NCBI GenBank assembly: GCA_031409275.1
Contig: JANNXA010000022.1
Coordinates: forward strand, 140,058-204,057
DNA length: 64,000 nucleotides
Reading direction: 5' to 3'
Origin: Planctomycetota bacterium
Lineage (GTDB): Bacteria > Planctomycetota > B15-G4 > SIAN01
Made by a program: the position numbers and the translations under genes. The notes below the pieces were generated by a model. It had not been told where the DNA came from and did no database searches. It saw only the letters and a list, made by a program, of their open reading frames with translations. Below, piece by piece: positions 16,350 through 27,268 of the stretch; position 1 is the stretch's first letter, and each line of letters begins with the position of its first letter.

Positions 16350-18605
16350 GTGACGATGATGAGGAGCGATCCGATGCGAAGCGTGCGCCGCGATTCCCCT
16401 GCCAGCGTCGCCTGGGCGGCGTGGGCGGCGTTGCTCCCGCTCCCGTTGCAGTCGAAGCCGCCGCTCACGATCGAGCAGACGATGGGCGCGGGCCGCGTCT
16501 CGTTCACCGCGACGCCGCCCTCGGTCACCTTCGCTCGCGATGGCCTCTCCCTCGAACGGCAGAAGGACGGCAAGGCGATCTGGGTCGATCCGCGCACGCA
16601 CGCGGAACGGGAACCGGAGCCGGCCGATGCGACCACGCTCGCCGCGGCGTCGACGCGCGAGGCGGCGCTGTTGGCCGCGCTCTCGGCGCTGCCGGGCTTC
16701 GATGAGGCGGCAGCGAAACGGCTGGCCACGAGCCGCCGCGGCAGCAGCGCGGACGGACAGTCGCTGCTGCTCGCCGGCGAGAACGACCTCTTCTTCTTTC
16801 GATTCGGTGGCGAGCGCGCGCTCCGATTGACCGATGGTCCCGAAGCGGAAGAGAACTCGCGCTTGTCGCCGGATGGCCGCTTCGTCTCGTTCGTGCGCGG
16901 CAACGACCTGTTCGCCGTCGAGACCGATGGCGCACGTGAGCGTCGCATCACCAAGGACGGCAGCGCGGAGAAGCTGAACGGCAAGCTCGACTGGGTCTAT
17001 CAGGAGGAGATCTACGGCCGCGGCAACTTCCAGGCGACCTGGTGGAGCCCCGACAGCCGGCACGTCGCATTCCTCGCGCTCGATCAGAGCGGCGTCCCCC
17101 ACCACCCGATCGTCGACCACGTTCCCAACCGCGCCGAGCTCGAGGACACGCGCTACCCGAAGGCGGGTGACCCCAATCCGACGGTTGCACTGGGTGTGGC
17201 GCGCGCGCGCGACGCGAAAGTCGTCTGGATCGACCTCGCGAAGTACGCGAAGGATGAAGCGCTGGTCGTGCGCGTCGGTTGGAGCCCGGACGGCAAACGG
17301 CTGATCTACCAGGTGCAGGATCGCGAGCAGCGCTGGCTCGAACTGCTGGCCGCCGATCCCGACAGCGGTCAGCCGACGCTGCTTGTGCGCGAAGAGTCCG
17401 CCTCCTTCGTCAACGTTCTGGAAGAGCCGCAGTGGCTGGCCGATGGCAGCTTCCTCTGGCAATCCGAGCGGACCGGTTTCCGCCACGTCTACCGCTACGC
17501 GGCGGATGGCAAGCTGCTCGGCGCGATCACGCGCGGCGATTGGGAAGTGCGAAGCGTGACCGCGGTCGACGAAGGCAAGCAGCTGCTCTGGTTCACCGCG
17601 AGCAAGGATTCCTCGATCGGCTCGAACCTCTATCGCTGCGGATTCGATGGCAGCGGTCTGATCCGGCTCACCGATGGCGGCGGCAGCCACAGCGTGGAGT
17701 GGAACGCCGACAAGAGCCTGTTCCTCGATCGCGTGTCGGGCCTCAACTTCCCGCCGGAAGTGCGCCTCTGCGATGGCGCGAGCGGCAAGGTGCTCGAGGT
17801 GGTCGCGCGCGCCGAAGTGAAGGCGCTCGCCGACTTCGACTACTCGGTGCCGGAACTGCTCAAGATCCCGACGGCCGACGGCTTCGTGATGGATGCGACG
17901 CTCGTGAAGCCGATCCCATTCGATCCGGCGAAGAAGTACCCGGTCTGGCTGCCGACCTATTCGGGTCCCGATGCGCCGTCGGTGTTCGATCGCTGGAACG
18001 GCGACCCGTGGCCGCAGTTCCTGGCGCAGCAGGGGTACGTCGTCCTGCAGGTGAACAACCGGACCTCGAGCCAGCGTGGGCACGTTCATCTGGAGAAGTG
18101 CTGGCAGCAGCTCGGTGTCCTGGAGCTCCAGGATCTGGAGGAGGCGTTGCGCTGGCTCGGAGCGAACCGGCCGTGGCTCGACACGACCCGCGTCGGGATC
18201 ACCGGATGGAGCTACGGCGGCTTCATGACCGCCTACGCGCTCACTCACAGCAAGGCGTTCAAGCTCGGAGTCGCGGGTGCGGGCGTCTACGACTGGCGCC
18301 TCTACGATTCGATCTACACCGAGCGCTACATGCGGACGCCGCAGAACAACGCGGAGGGTTATGCGCGCACTTCGTGCATCGAGGCGGCGAAAGAGCTGTC
18401 CGGCTACCTCGTCCTCGCGCATGGAACCATGGACGACAACGTGCACGTCCAGAACACCGTGCAGCTGGCCGGGGCGCTCCAGAAGGCCGGAATCGACCGC
18501 TTCGAAGTGATGGTCTATCCGCGTTCCCGCCACGGGCTCGGCAGCGTCGAGCAGAACAGCCACTACCGAAGGCTGACGTGGAAGGCGATCCGCGAACGGC
18601 TCTAA
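16350..18605 (+). CDS. dipeptidyl-peptidase IV (S9B family) with signal peptide
   Basis: DPP-IV N-terminal beta-propeller region (DWVYQEEIYGRGNFQATWWSPDSRHVAF). C-terminal prolyl-oligopeptidase catalytic domain with nucleophile elbow GWSYGG, plus downstream Asp/His (HGTMDDNVH). Confidence 0.85.
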   Translation: MTMMRSDPMRSVRRDSPASVAWAAWAALLPLPLQSKPPLTIEQTMGAGRVSFTATPPSVTFARDGLSLERQKDGKAIWVDPRTHAEREPEPADATTLAAASTREAALLAALSALPGFDEAAAKRLATSRRGSSADGQSLLLAGENDLFFFRFGGERALRLTDGPEAEENSRLSPDGRFVSFVRGNDLFAVETDGARERRITKDGSAEKLNGKLDWVYQEEIYGRGNFQATWWSPDSRHVAFLALDQSGVPHHPIVDHVPNRAELEDTRYPKAGDPNPTVALGVARARDAKVVWIDLAKYAKDEALVVRVGWSPDGKRLIYQVQDREQRWLELLAADPDSGQPTLLVREESASFVNVLEEPQWLADGSFLWQSERTGFRHVYRYAADGKLLGAITRGDWEVRSVTAVDEGKQLLWFTASKDSSIGSNLYRCGFDGSGLIRLTDGGGSHSVEWNADKSLFLDRVSGLNFPPEVRLCDGASGKVLEVVARAEVKALADFDYSVPELLKIPTADGFVMDATLVKPIPFDPAKKYPVWLPTYSGPDAPSVFDRWNGDPWPQFLAQQGYVVLQVNNRTSSQRGHVHLEKCWQQLGVLELQDLEEALRWLGANRPWLDTTRVGITGWSYGGFMTAYALTHSKAFKLGVAGAGVYDWRLYDSIYTERYMRTPQNNAEGYARTSCIEAAKELSGYLVLAHGTMDDNVHVQNTVQLAGALQKAGIDRFEVMVYPRSRHGLGSVEQNSHYRRLTWKAIRERL

Positions 18606-18637
18606 CACCCATCGCGACGTCCGAAAGCTCGCGCGGC

Positions 18638-19498
18638 TCAGGGAGACGCGCAGCGCACTCGGACACAGCCGTTGTGGGTCGAAAGGGTGATCGTGCCGGC
18701 GGCCGGATCGGGGAAGCGCAGCTCGAAGTCGTCGCCGTTGATCAAGACCGTGGGCCCGCCGCTGCCGCGCCAGTCGAGGCCGCCGAATTCGCCGTCGCCT
18801 TGGATCGTCCCGCGCATGCCGCTTTGAAGGTCGAGCTCGAGGTCGCCGTGGTGCGACGTCAGCGTCGCGTCGATGGCCGTCGCGCTCGTGCGGAGGCGGA
18901 CGTCGCCGTGATGGGACGACAAGGCCACTTGCGAGCCGCTCGTGGCGCAAGCGACCGTGCCGTGATGCGAACTCGCCGCGACGCATCCACGCAGGTCGAG
19001 CAGGTCGACGTCGCCGTGGTGGCTCGAGGCGGCGACCGGACCCGCGAGGCCCGTCACCGAGACGTCGCCGTCGTGCGACGCGAGCGTGACTCCGAAGCGC
19101 GCGGGAAGCGTGATCTGGAACGAGACGGTCGCTTCCCAGCGATCGGGCGCCTCCTGCAGCCACTCCGCTTGCAAGGTCAGCGTGCGGCCCTCGCCGCGGT
19201 GCGCGACCCGAAGTGCGGCGAGCGCGGTGTCGGCGTCGCTCGGGTCGCGTCCGCCGGCTTGCTTGTGGGCAACGATCGTCACCGAGTCGACGCCCGCCGC
19301 CGCCGATTCGACGTGGATCGAGCCGCGATGAGTGGTCACCGCCAGCGCATCGAAGTCGGCAGCTGCAACGACGATCGTCTCATCGGCAGAGGCGAAGCAG
19401 CTCGGATCGCGCCAGTGGCCCAGATGGATCGCACAACCGCCCGCAAGCAGAAGCGCGGCGGCGGCGGGCAACGTGGCGATGACGGTCGAAAGGCGCAT
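18638..19498 (-). CDS. lipoprotein with DUF4097-like all-beta repeat domain (repeated S-S-H-H-G-D/T motifs)
   Basis: Start MRLSTVIATLPAAAALLLAGGC (lipobox). Four copies of the ASSHHGD/TSHHGD repeat. ATG 19498 preceded by GGAG. The upstream 150 codons in the ORF track are Arg/Ser-rich artefact. Confidence 0.65.
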   Translation of the reverse strand: MRLSTVIATLPAAAALLLAGGCAIHLGHWRDPSCFASADETIVVAAADFDALAVTTHRGSIHVESAAAGVDSVTIVAHKQAGGRDPSDADTALAALRVAHRGEGRTLTLQAEWLQEAPDRWEATVSFQITLPARFGVTLASHDGDVSVTGLAGPVAASSHHGDVDLLDLRGCVAASSHHGTVACATSGSQVALSSHHGDVRLRTSATAIDATLTSHHGDLELDLQSGMRGTIQGDGEFGGLDWRGSGGPTVLINGDDFELRFPDPAAGTITLSTHNGCVRVRCASP

Positions 19499-19577
19499 CG
19501 AAGGTCTCCAACTTGCCCGGGAGGAGCCGCCATACTCCGCGAGGGTTGCAATCGCCCTGCCCACTGTTGGAGTCGTC

Positions 19578-20144
19578 ATGGTCCCGCCCGAACTTCCGCC
19601 CGCTGCGCCGCGCCCCTGGCCCCTGCTCCGCACGACGGCCGGTCCCAGCCTGAAGCTGTTCCAGATCCTGCATGAACGGCGCGAGAACCCGCGCAACGGC
19701 CACGCGATCGATGCGGTGGTGCTCGAGTCGGCCGACTGGGTCAACGTCGTCCCGATCACCCCCGCCGGCGAGATCGTCTTCGTCCGCCAGTACCGCTTCG
19801 GCATCCGGGCGAACACCCTCGAGATCCCGGGCGGGCTGATCAGTCGCGGCGAGGCGCCGCTGCTCGCCGCCACGCGCGAGCTGCGCGAAGAGACGGGAAT
19901 GGTGGCGCAGCGCATCACCTCGCTCGGCGCCGTCGAACCCAACCCCGCGTTCCTCACCAACCTCTGTCACCAGTTCCTTGCGCATGGCGTTGAACCGGAA
20001 GGGGAGCTTCTGCTCGATCCGGGCGAGGACGTCGTGGTCGAGCGTCACTCCTTCGCCGCGGTGCGGCGCATGGTCGGCGATGGGACGATCCGCCACAGCC
20101 TCGTGCTCACCGCACTCGCTCGCGTCCTCGACCTGCGCGGGTGA
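19578..20144 (+). CDS. NUDIX hydrolase (ADP-ribose pyrophosphatase-like)
   Basis: Nudix box GGLISRGEAPLLAATRELREETG (GX5EX7REUXEEXGU). ATG 19578 with GGAG 6 nt upstream. Confidence 0.8.
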   Translation: MVPPELPPAAPRPWPLLRTTAGPSLKLFQILHERRENPRNGHAIDAVVLESADWVNVVPITPAGEIVFVRQYRFGIRANTLEIPGGLISRGEAPLLAATRELREETGMVAQRITSLGAVEPNPAFLTNLCHQFLAHGVEPEGELLLDPGEDVVVERHSFAAVRRMVGDGTIRHSLVLTALARVLDLRG

Positions 20145-20312
20145 CCCGCTACCGCGCAACCGTTTCGTAGCGCGCGCGCCAATCGTTTTCCTGGCCTGCG
20201 CAATCGTCGATCACGAGCACCCAGTCGCGCCATCGCCCGTGTCGATCGATCCCGAGTCGCCGCTCTCCGCCGCATCTCCGTGGCGGTCGCGGCAGCCGGG
20301 AGTGCCGTTCGT

Positions 20313-21674
20313 ATGCAACTGGGACTGCGCGCAAAGTTCGGGCTCGGAATCGGTTTCCTCTCGCTGGCCGCGTGCGGCGCGAAGGTGAAAAGTCCGAGTC
20401 GTGTTCCTTACGTCGAAGTCTGGCCGCTCGCCCAGTTCGGCGATCTCGAGCAGGACTACGGCGCCTCGCTTGCGCTGGCGGACAGCGACGCCGACGGTGA
20501 CCGCGAGCTGATCGTTGGCGCCCCCGCCCGCGATCCGGCGATGGACGGGGTCGTGCTGTTCGTCTCGCTCGGAACGTTGACGGTCGTGAATGCGGTGCTG
20601 CCGTGGCGCCCGTCCGGCGACGACTCCGCTCATCACGACGAGTTCGGCCGGAGCCTGGTCTGGGGCGACTGGAATCGAGATACGCGCCTCGATCTGGCCG
20701 TCGGCGATCCTGGGGCCGACGTCGGCAACGTCGGGAACGCCGGCGAGGTGTGGGTCTTCTTCGGGCCGATCGACTCGGCGGTGGCGACGCGGATCTCGAG
20801 CAGCGTGCCCGCCAGCGGCGCCCGGTTCGGAGAGACGCTGGCCGCCGGCGACTACGACTTCGATGGTTACCAGGACCTCGCGATCGGCGCCCCGCATCCG
20901 GCCGATGTCGCGGTGGATGCCGATGGTCCCTCGCTCGAAGTGCTCTACGGTCCCGATTTCTCGCGCCGCGAACGCTGGGAAGCGGGCGGTGCCGGCGGTT
21001 CCTTCGGCGCGGCGTTGGTGAGCGTTCCGCAGCCGGGTGGCGGCGCGGCGCTGGTGGCCGGTGCGCCGGAGTTCGCGCACGCCGACGGAGCGCAGGGCGG
21101 CCTGTTCGCGTGGGAGCGCTTCGTCGACGCGTCCGCGCGTCGAGTCGGCTCGCCGCGCGCCGCCGACGCCGAGCTTGGCCGTGCGGGCAGCTACGGCGAT
21201 TTCGATGGCGACGGGGACGGCGAACTCGCCGTCGCGGCATTGGCCGGCCGTGGCGCGGTCTACTTCTTCGAGCGCGACCAGTTCCGCGAACAGGGCCGCC
21301 TCACGCTGCCATCGGTCCTCACCGCACGCGCGGGTGCCCCGCTCTTCACGACGCCCGACCTCACCGGCGACCACGCCGAAGAACTGCTCCTGCTTTCCGC
21401 TCGCGCCGAGGACCCGGCGGCGCTGCTCTTCTCGCCCGGTCGCGGGCTCGCGCACCTCGCGCTCGATTTCGCGGCGGCTTCGGCGATCTCCGCCAACTTC
21501 GACTGGGACGACGCGCCCGAGCTCCTGCTCGCCACGCCCACCGGCTTGCGATCGGGTGGCGGTCTCTCGCAGCTCAGCCTCGTCGATGTCAGCTGGCAGG
21601 ACGTGCATTCGCTCGCGTCGCCGAGGCCGGCTCCGATCGTGATCCCCGGCATCGCCGCGCTGCGCGAGCGCTGA
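20313..21674 (+). CDS. FG-GAP repeat (integrin-alpha-like) lipoprotein
   Basis: Signal/lipobox MQLGLRAKFGLGIGFLSLAAC. Repeated FG-GAP/Ca-binding-like D-x-D-x-D-G segments (DSDADGDRELIVGAP, GDWNRDTRLDLAVGDPGAD, GDYDFDGYQDLAIGAP, GDFDGDGDGELAVAA). Confidence 0.7.
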   Translation: MQLGLRAKFGLGIGFLSLAACGAKVKSPSRVPYVEVWPLAQFGDLEQDYGASLALADSDADGDRELIVGAPARDPAMDGVVLFVSLGTLTVVNAVLPWRPSGDDSAHHDEFGRSLVWGDWNRDTRLDLAVGDPGADVGNVGNAGEVWVFFGPIDSAVATRISSSVPASGARFGETLAAGDYDFDGYQDLAIGAPHPADVAVDADGPSLEVLYGPDFSRRERWEAGGAGGSFGAALVSVPQPGGGAALVAGAPEFAHADGAQGGLFAWERFVDASARRVGSPRAADAELGRAGSYGDFDGDGDGELAVAALAGRGAVYFFERDQFREQGRLTLPSVLTARAGAPLFTTPDLTGDHAEELLLLSARAEDPAALLFSPGRGLAHLALDFAAASAISANFDWDDAPELLLATPTGLRSGGGLSQLSLVDVSWQDVHSLASPRPAPIVIPGIAALRER

Positions 21675-21689
21675 GACGATCGGCGCGAG

Positions 21690-22510
21690 TCAGCGGTCGC
21701 GGCGCCGCAGCGCGCCGAGCACGCAGCAGACGACGAACAGGCCCGCGAGCGCCAGCACCACCGCGCCACCGGTCGGCACGGTGAACCAGGTCGAGAGGAG
21801 CAGCCCGAACACGCCGCCGAGCAGAGCGATGGCGATGCTCGCCGCGACGTGACCGCGCAACGTGGTCGCGATCTGGCGCCCGGCCGCCGCCGGGATCACC
21901 ACCCACGCCTCGACCAGCAGCGCGCCGACCACTTTGAGGCTCGCCACGATGGTGGCCGTCAGCAGCAGCACGAAGAGGTAGTCGAGCCGCGTGCGCTGGC
22001 TTGCCGTGGTTGGCGCGACCGCAGGCGCGACACTGTCGAGGAGCAGGGCGTTGTAGTGGCGCGCCAGGAACGCGGCCGCGATGAGGAGCAGCGCGCCCAG
22101 CAGCGCGAGGTCGCCGTTCGTCACGGTGAGCAGGCTGCCGAACATCAGCGCTTCGATCTGGTGGACGTTGAAGCGTTGCGTCACCGCGACGAGCAGGCAG
22201 ATCCCAAGCCCCAGCGTGAACGCGACGAAGACGCCGATCAGCGTGTCCGCCGGAAGCGCCGCGCGCCGCTTGAGCCACACCATTCCCAGCGCCGCCAGCA
22301 GGCAGAAGCCGAACATGCCGCCGTACGGCGCGGCGATCGGTTCCCCGAGCGCCAGCCCGATGGTGAGTCCGGTGAGCGCCGCCTGGCCGAGCGCGGTCGA
22401 CAGGAAGGCGAGCCGCCGCGCGACCACGAGGTGCGACAGCGTGCCGAGCAGCGGCGCCAGCAGCAGCACGGCGGCGAGTCCGCGTTGCAGGAACGGGAAG
22501 TCGAGCCAGT

Positions 22511-22514
<4 letters not shown>
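21690..22514 (-). CDS. metal (Zn/Mn) ABC transporter permease, ABC-3 family (ZnuB/MntB/TroC-like)
   Basis: 8-TM ABC-3 permease pattern (MNWLDFPFLQRGLAAVLLL..., FVLLLTATIVASLKVVGALLV). Confidence 0.85.
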
Positions 22515-23139
<625 letters not shown>

Positions 23140-23143
<4 letters not shown>

Positions 23144-24087
23144 TGTTTCTGCGCCGCGGGCTTCAACGCGCGCACGATCGTCGCGGCGTTCTGAGCCATC
23201 TCCTGCTCGAACTTCTCATCGGTGTAGTCGCCCGTCGCGACGTGCGAGAGGAGGAACACGTCGGCCTGCGCCGACTGCCGCACCACGTCGAGCAACGCCG
23301 GCGGAAAGCTCTCCTCGCTGAAGAGGACGCGCAGCTGCCGGTCGCGCAGCTCGGTGATCGCGTGGCCGAGTTCGAGCGCCGACGGGACCAATCCGTGCGC
23401 GGGCTCGATCACGACGGCGACTTCGATCCCGAACTCCTGCAGCAGGTAGGCGTAGCCATCGTGAACGGTCGCGACGCGCGCCGCTTCGACGTCGGCGAGC
23501 TCGAGCGCTGCCGCCGCCTTGATCTTGCGCAGCTTGCGGGCGTACTCGCCGGCGTTCTTGCGGAACAGCGGCGCGAGCTCGGGGCGCAGCTCGCTGAGCG
23601 CGTGCTCGATCGCGTAGGTCTGCTGGATGGCGTTCGTGAACGAGAGGAAGGTGTGGCTGTTGATCGCTTCGCCGTGTGCGCCGTGCAGGGTCGGCGTCGC
23701 GTCGCTGGGTCGGATGCGCAGCAACCGGCCATTGCCGGAGGCGACGATCATCGGTTCGAGGAAGTCGTCATGGCCCAGTCCGTTCACGACCACGGCATCG
23801 AGGTCGGCGAGCTTCGCGATGCCGGCGGCGCGCGGCTGGTAGTTCCCGGCGTCGACGTCGCCTGGCAGCAGCGGGCGCACTTCGACGTCGCTGCCGGCGA
23901 CCACGGCGCGCGTCCATGAGTAGTAGGGATGGAGCGTGACGCCGACCTTGAGCGGGGCTGCCGTGCGCGGCATCGGTTGAGCGGGCAGAGCGGACGCCGG
24001 AGGAGCCTGCGCTGCCGCCTCGGCGGTTGCCGCGATGAGCCAGCAGAGGAGGGTGGCGCAGACGTCGCGACGATCGAGGCGAATCAT
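23140..24087 (-). CDS. metal ABC transporter periplasmic substrate-binding protein (ZnuA/TroA cluster A-I)
   Basis: Signal peptide. TroA-fold hallmarks (LKVGVTLHPYYSW, His-rich HGAHGEAINSHTF loop, LLSHVATGDY). Confidence 0.85.
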
Positions 24088-24797
24088 GGAGAGCGCTCCG
24101 GCGGCGACGATTCGTTGGTTCGAGCCGATGGACCGATGAGGACCTGCCGCAATCCGTGCAGCGCTGGATCGGCGAGGAATCCCTCCGGCAGCGCGCTGGC
24201 GCCATCGGTCGCGATCCAGAAAGAGACGTGAAGCAGCGTGCCGTCGCGCAGCCGCCGATGCTGCTCGTCGAGCGCGACGGGCACCCGCGGGTCGCGGCCC
24301 TCGAGCTCTCCTGGCTGCGGCTCGAGGATCTGCAACAGGAGCGCGCCAGCCGTCGCTCCCGCGGCGGGTCGTCCGATGTACTGCCAGGCGCCGGCGCGCT
24401 GCTCGCGGGCGAAAGTCGCGTCACGCTTCGCGGCAGCGCCCGCGAACGGCTCGATGCCATCGGCCGCGAGGGTCGCGACGTCGGGCCATGCGCCGACCTC
24501 GTCGCGCAGGCGCAGCAGTTCGAGGGCGGCCTCGTGCAGCTCACGAACCGCGCGCTGCGCCGAGCCCGGCAGACCAGCGAAGAGGCGCTGCCAAGGCTGC
24601 TCGGTTGCGGCGTTGTCGGCGCCGCCGAGCGCTTGGTTGCCGCGGCCGATCCAGAGCAGCGCCACGACGGCAATCGCAACCGCGGCCCGCACCACCGCCG
24701 CCGTCTCGCCACGCCGGTCGGGCGGCGTCACGGTGACGAGTCGCGAGTCGTCGCCTTGCTGGCCGCGGTTGGCGTTCGTAGCGTCGTCCACAATCAT
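24084..24797 (-). CDS. membrane-anchored protein of unknown function, first gene of the metal-uptake operon
   Basis: Start MIVDDATNANRGQQ (ATG 24797). Single TM AAVVRAAVAIAVVALLWI, then an about 190-aa soluble domain. Its stop overlaps the SBP start (ATGA). Confidence 0.5.
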   Translation of the reverse strand: MIVDDATNANRGQQGDDSRLVTVTPPDRRGETAAVVRAAVAIAVVALLWIGRGNQALGGADNAATEQPWQRLFAGLPGSAQRAVRELHEAALELLRLRDEVGAWPDVATLAADGIEPFAGAAAKRDATFAREQRAGAWQYIGRPAAGATAGALLLQILEPQPGELEGRDPRVPVALDEQHRRLRDGTLLHVSFWIATDGASALPEGFLADPALHGLRQVLIGPSARTNESSPPERSP

Positions 24798-24872
24798 GCT
24801 CGAGCAACGAAAGTCGTGGCGGGATCGGATGGCGTGCGGCGCAGACGTTAGCTCCACGTCGAGGGGACGCGC

Positions 24873-25664
24873 GTGAGCGATCCGCTGCCCCCGCCGGCGC
24901 TCTCCGTGCGCGAGCTGCTCACGCTGAACGCGGCGGCGACGGCGACCCAGCTTCCGGCGCTGCTGCTGCTCACGCTGCTCTTCAGTGCGCCCAACGGCTG
25001 GCTCGACTGGCGCGATGCTGAACAGCTCGCGACGGGCGCCAAGGAGCACCTCTCGCCGTGGTGGCTCGGGCTCGCCGTCGCGCTCGCGACTGACACCGTA
25101 CTGCAGGGCATGGCGAGCGGACTCGCGTTGCGCCGCCTGGCCGGGGCCCCCGCTTCGCTCGCCGAAGCGTTTTCTCTGCCGATCCGCCAGCTGCTGGCGC
25201 TCCTGGTCATCGCGCTGTCGCTGGCAGCGCTGGCGCTGGTGGCCGTCGGGTTGCCGGGCGCGCTCTACTCGGCGCAACCCAACCTCTCCACTCTGGTGGT
25301 CTTCGCCGCCGGCGCGATCGTCACGCTGATCGCGTCGTCGGGGTGGCTGCTGGCAGTGCCGCTGGTGATGGCGGAGCGGCTTGGCCCGCTCGCCGCCCTC
25401 GCACGCAGCTGGCAGCTCACCAACGGGGTGCGACGCAAGTGCTTCGTGCTGCGCGCGCTGCAGGGCGTCGCCGTCATCGCCGCCGCGCAGTCGGGGGTCG
25501 CGCTGGGGGAAGCTTCGGCGGAAGGCGGCGGCGTGCTGTTCGCATTCGCGCTGCGCGTCTTCGCGACCGCGCTCCTGATCCTGTTGCCGACGGTGACCTA
25601 CGTGCGGCTGCTCGCGGTGCGCGGTGAAGCGCTGCCCGAGAAACTCGAGGAGCTGTTCCGATGA
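24873..25664 (+). CDS. polytopic membrane protein, function unknown
   Basis: GTG start 24873. 5-6 hydrophobic helices. Its stop overlaps the start of the downstream dioxygenase (ATGA). Confidence 0.55.
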   Translation: MSDPLPPPALSVRELLTLNAAATATQLPALLLLTLLFSAPNGWLDWRDAEQLATGAKEHLSPWWLGLAVALATDTVLQGMASGLALRRLAGAPASLAEAFSLPIRQLLALLVIALSLAALALVAVGLPGALYSAQPNLSTLVVFAAGAIVTLIASSGWLLAVPLVMAERLGPLAALARSWQLTNGVRRKCFVLRALQGVAVIAAAQSGVALGEASAEGGGVLFAFALRVFATALLILLPTVTYVRLLAVRGEALPEKLEELFR

Positions 25665-26482
25665 GCGAGGCGGCACGCCGAGATGGCTCGCGCTACCACG
25701 TCAGCGACGAGGAGAAGGCGCGATTCGCGGCCGACGGCTGGGTCCATCTGAAAGGGGTCCTGTCGGTCGAGGAGCTGGCGGCAGTCGCCATCGACTACGA
25801 GCGCTTCCTGCGTCGCGAGATCGCGGTCGCCGGCAAGGACTTCTGCGACATGTCCGGCGACTACGACAAGCCGGTCGAGTCGTTTGCGATCGTGAACGTG
25901 ATGCTGCCACGCCGCTACCACCCCGCCTGGCAGGGCAGCCTGTACGAACAGCGCGCCCACTCCATCGCCGAGCAGCTGCAAGGGCCGGGGATGGCGCTCG
26001 ACTACGACCAACTCCTGGCCAAGCGTCCGCAGCGACCGGACGCGGTCTTCGCCTGGCATCAAGACCTCGCCTACTGGCCGACCGATACGCCGGATACGCG
26101 CACCGCCACCTGCTGGCTCGCGCTCGATGACTCGACGCCCGAGAACGGCTGCATGCGCTTCGTTTCGGGGACGCAGGCGGCGCCGCTGCGCCCCCACCGG
26201 CCGCTGCATGGCGACCGCTCGAAGTCGCACACGCTGGTGACCGACCTCGTGAAGGGCGATCGAGTGACGCTGGCCCGCCTCGCGCGCGGTGACATCACCG
26301 TTCACGACGAGCGGGTGCTGCACGGGTCGGGCGGCAACGCGAGCAGCGGATGGCGTCGCGCCTACATCGTCGCCTTTCGCAGCGCCGCCACCGTCGCCGA
26401 GGAGCGCCGCCGCGGCTTCACCCACTCGCACAACGACGAGGCCAACGTGCTCGATCGCGTCGGGTTCGCGCAGGGGCGCTGA
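25661..26482 (+). CDS. PhyH-family Fe(II)/2-oxoglutarate dioxygenase (phytanoyl-CoA dioxygenase/ectoine hydroxylase-like)
   Basis: [13 protein letters not shown] (HxD facial triad), C-terminal [12 protein letters not shown], and Arg near the C-terminus. Confidence 0.8.
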   Translation: MSEAARRDGSRYHVSDEEKARFAADGWVHLKGVLSVEELAAVAIDYERFLRREIAVAGKDFCDMSGDYDKPVESFAIVNVMLPRRYHPAWQGSLYEQRAHSIAEQLQGPGMALDYDQLLAKRPQRPDAVFAWHQDLAYWPTDTPDTRTATCWLALDDSTPENGCMRFVSGTQAAPLRPHRPLHGDRSKSHTLVTDLVKGDRVTLARLARGDITVHDERVLHGSGGNASSGWRRAYIVAFRSAATVAEERRRGFTHSHNDEANVLDRVGFAQGR

Positions 26483-26512
26483 GCCAGCGGCGGCAGCGCG
26501 CCAGCCGTTGTC

Positions 26513-27268
26513 TCACGCGCGGCTGCGTGCCCCGATGGCGACGGCGATCGCGACAACGACCAGCACCAGCGCGAAGCTGCGCTGCAACGCCGAGGCGGCC
26601 ATTCGCGGTGCGACGACCACGCCGAACGCGCTGCCGACGCTCCCGACCGCTGCGACGAGGCCGACCAGCGCGAGGTCGATCGTGACGCCACCGCGAGCGT
26701 GGTGGGCGGCGAAGGCCACGCTCGAGTTGATCGCGATCACCACCAGGCTCGTCGCTGCCGCGCGCGCGATCGGAAGGCCGCCGAACAGCAACATCGCCGG
26801 CACCAGCAGGAAGCCGCCGCCGACCCCGAGGAACCCGGTCAACACCCCCACTCCAACGGCGGCGCTGACGGCCTTGGCCGGCTGCCAGGCGGTTGGATCG
26901 CCCGGGACTTTCGGGGCGACGGCACGACGCCACAGGGCCACCGCCGCGCTGGCAACCAGCGCCGAGAAGGCGAGTTCCGTCGCGCGCTCCGGCACCGCGG
27001 CGTGGAGGCGCGCGCCGATCGGAGCGCCGAGCGCGCCGACTGCCGCGAAGAGGAACGCGATGCGGAGGTCGACGAGTCTCCGGCGCGCTTGCATCAAGGC
27101 GCCGACCGCGCTGATCAGCGCGACGATCACCAGCGATTCGACCGTTGCCTGATGTGGCGTTCGGTGGAGCAGCAGCGTCAGCAACGGAACCGTGAGGATC
27201 GAGCCGCCCGACCCGAACAGGCCGAGGCTGACTCCGACGACGGCGGCGCCGATCCAGGCGGCGATCAT
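26513..27268 (-). CDS. TauE/SafE (DUF81) sulfite/organosulfonate exporter family membrane protein
   Basis: Two half-repeats, each with a G-x-x-S-G-x-L-G-x-G-G-G motif ([14 protein letters not shown] and [17 protein letters not shown]). ATG 27268 overlaps the upstream stop (ATGA). Confidence 0.75.
   Translation of the reverse strand: MIAAWIGAAVVGVSLGLFGSGGSILTVPLLTLLLHRTPHQATVESLVIVALISAVGALMQARRRLVDLRIAFLFAAVGALGAPIGARLHAAVPERATELAFSALVASAAVALWRRAVAPKVPGDPTAWQPAKAVSAAVGVGVLTGFLGVGGGFLLVPAMLLFGGLPIARAAATSLVVIAINSSVAFAAHHARGGVTIDLALVGLVAAVGSVGSAFGVVVAPRMAASALQRSFALVLVVVAIAVAIGARSRA

Noticed and set aside
14805-19163. 1452-aa minus-strand ORF reported in the track
   Set aside because: Only the C-terminal 484 codons (ATG 16259 to stop 14805) encode the PLP decarboxylase. 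The upstream approx. 970 codons are Arg/Pro/His-rich antisense of the DPP-IV gene with no stop codons by chance.
17279-19675. 798-aa plus-strand ORF overlapping the DPP-IV gene in another frame and the DUF4097 gene in antisense
   Set aside because: Arg-rich junk composition. The DPP-IV frame has clear catalytic motifs.
20149-21608. Two long minus-strand ORFs (363 and 465 aa) opposite the FG-GAP lipoprotein gene
   Set aside because: Arg/Pro-rich antisense artefacts. The plus strand encodes clear FG-GAP repeats with a lipobox.
24156-24851. 231-aa plus-strand ORF and several other ORFs opposite the 24084-24797 membrane-protein gene
   Set aside because: Arg/Gly-rich composition. The minus-strand frame gives a sensible TM plus soluble domain protein coupled by ATGA to the downstream gene.
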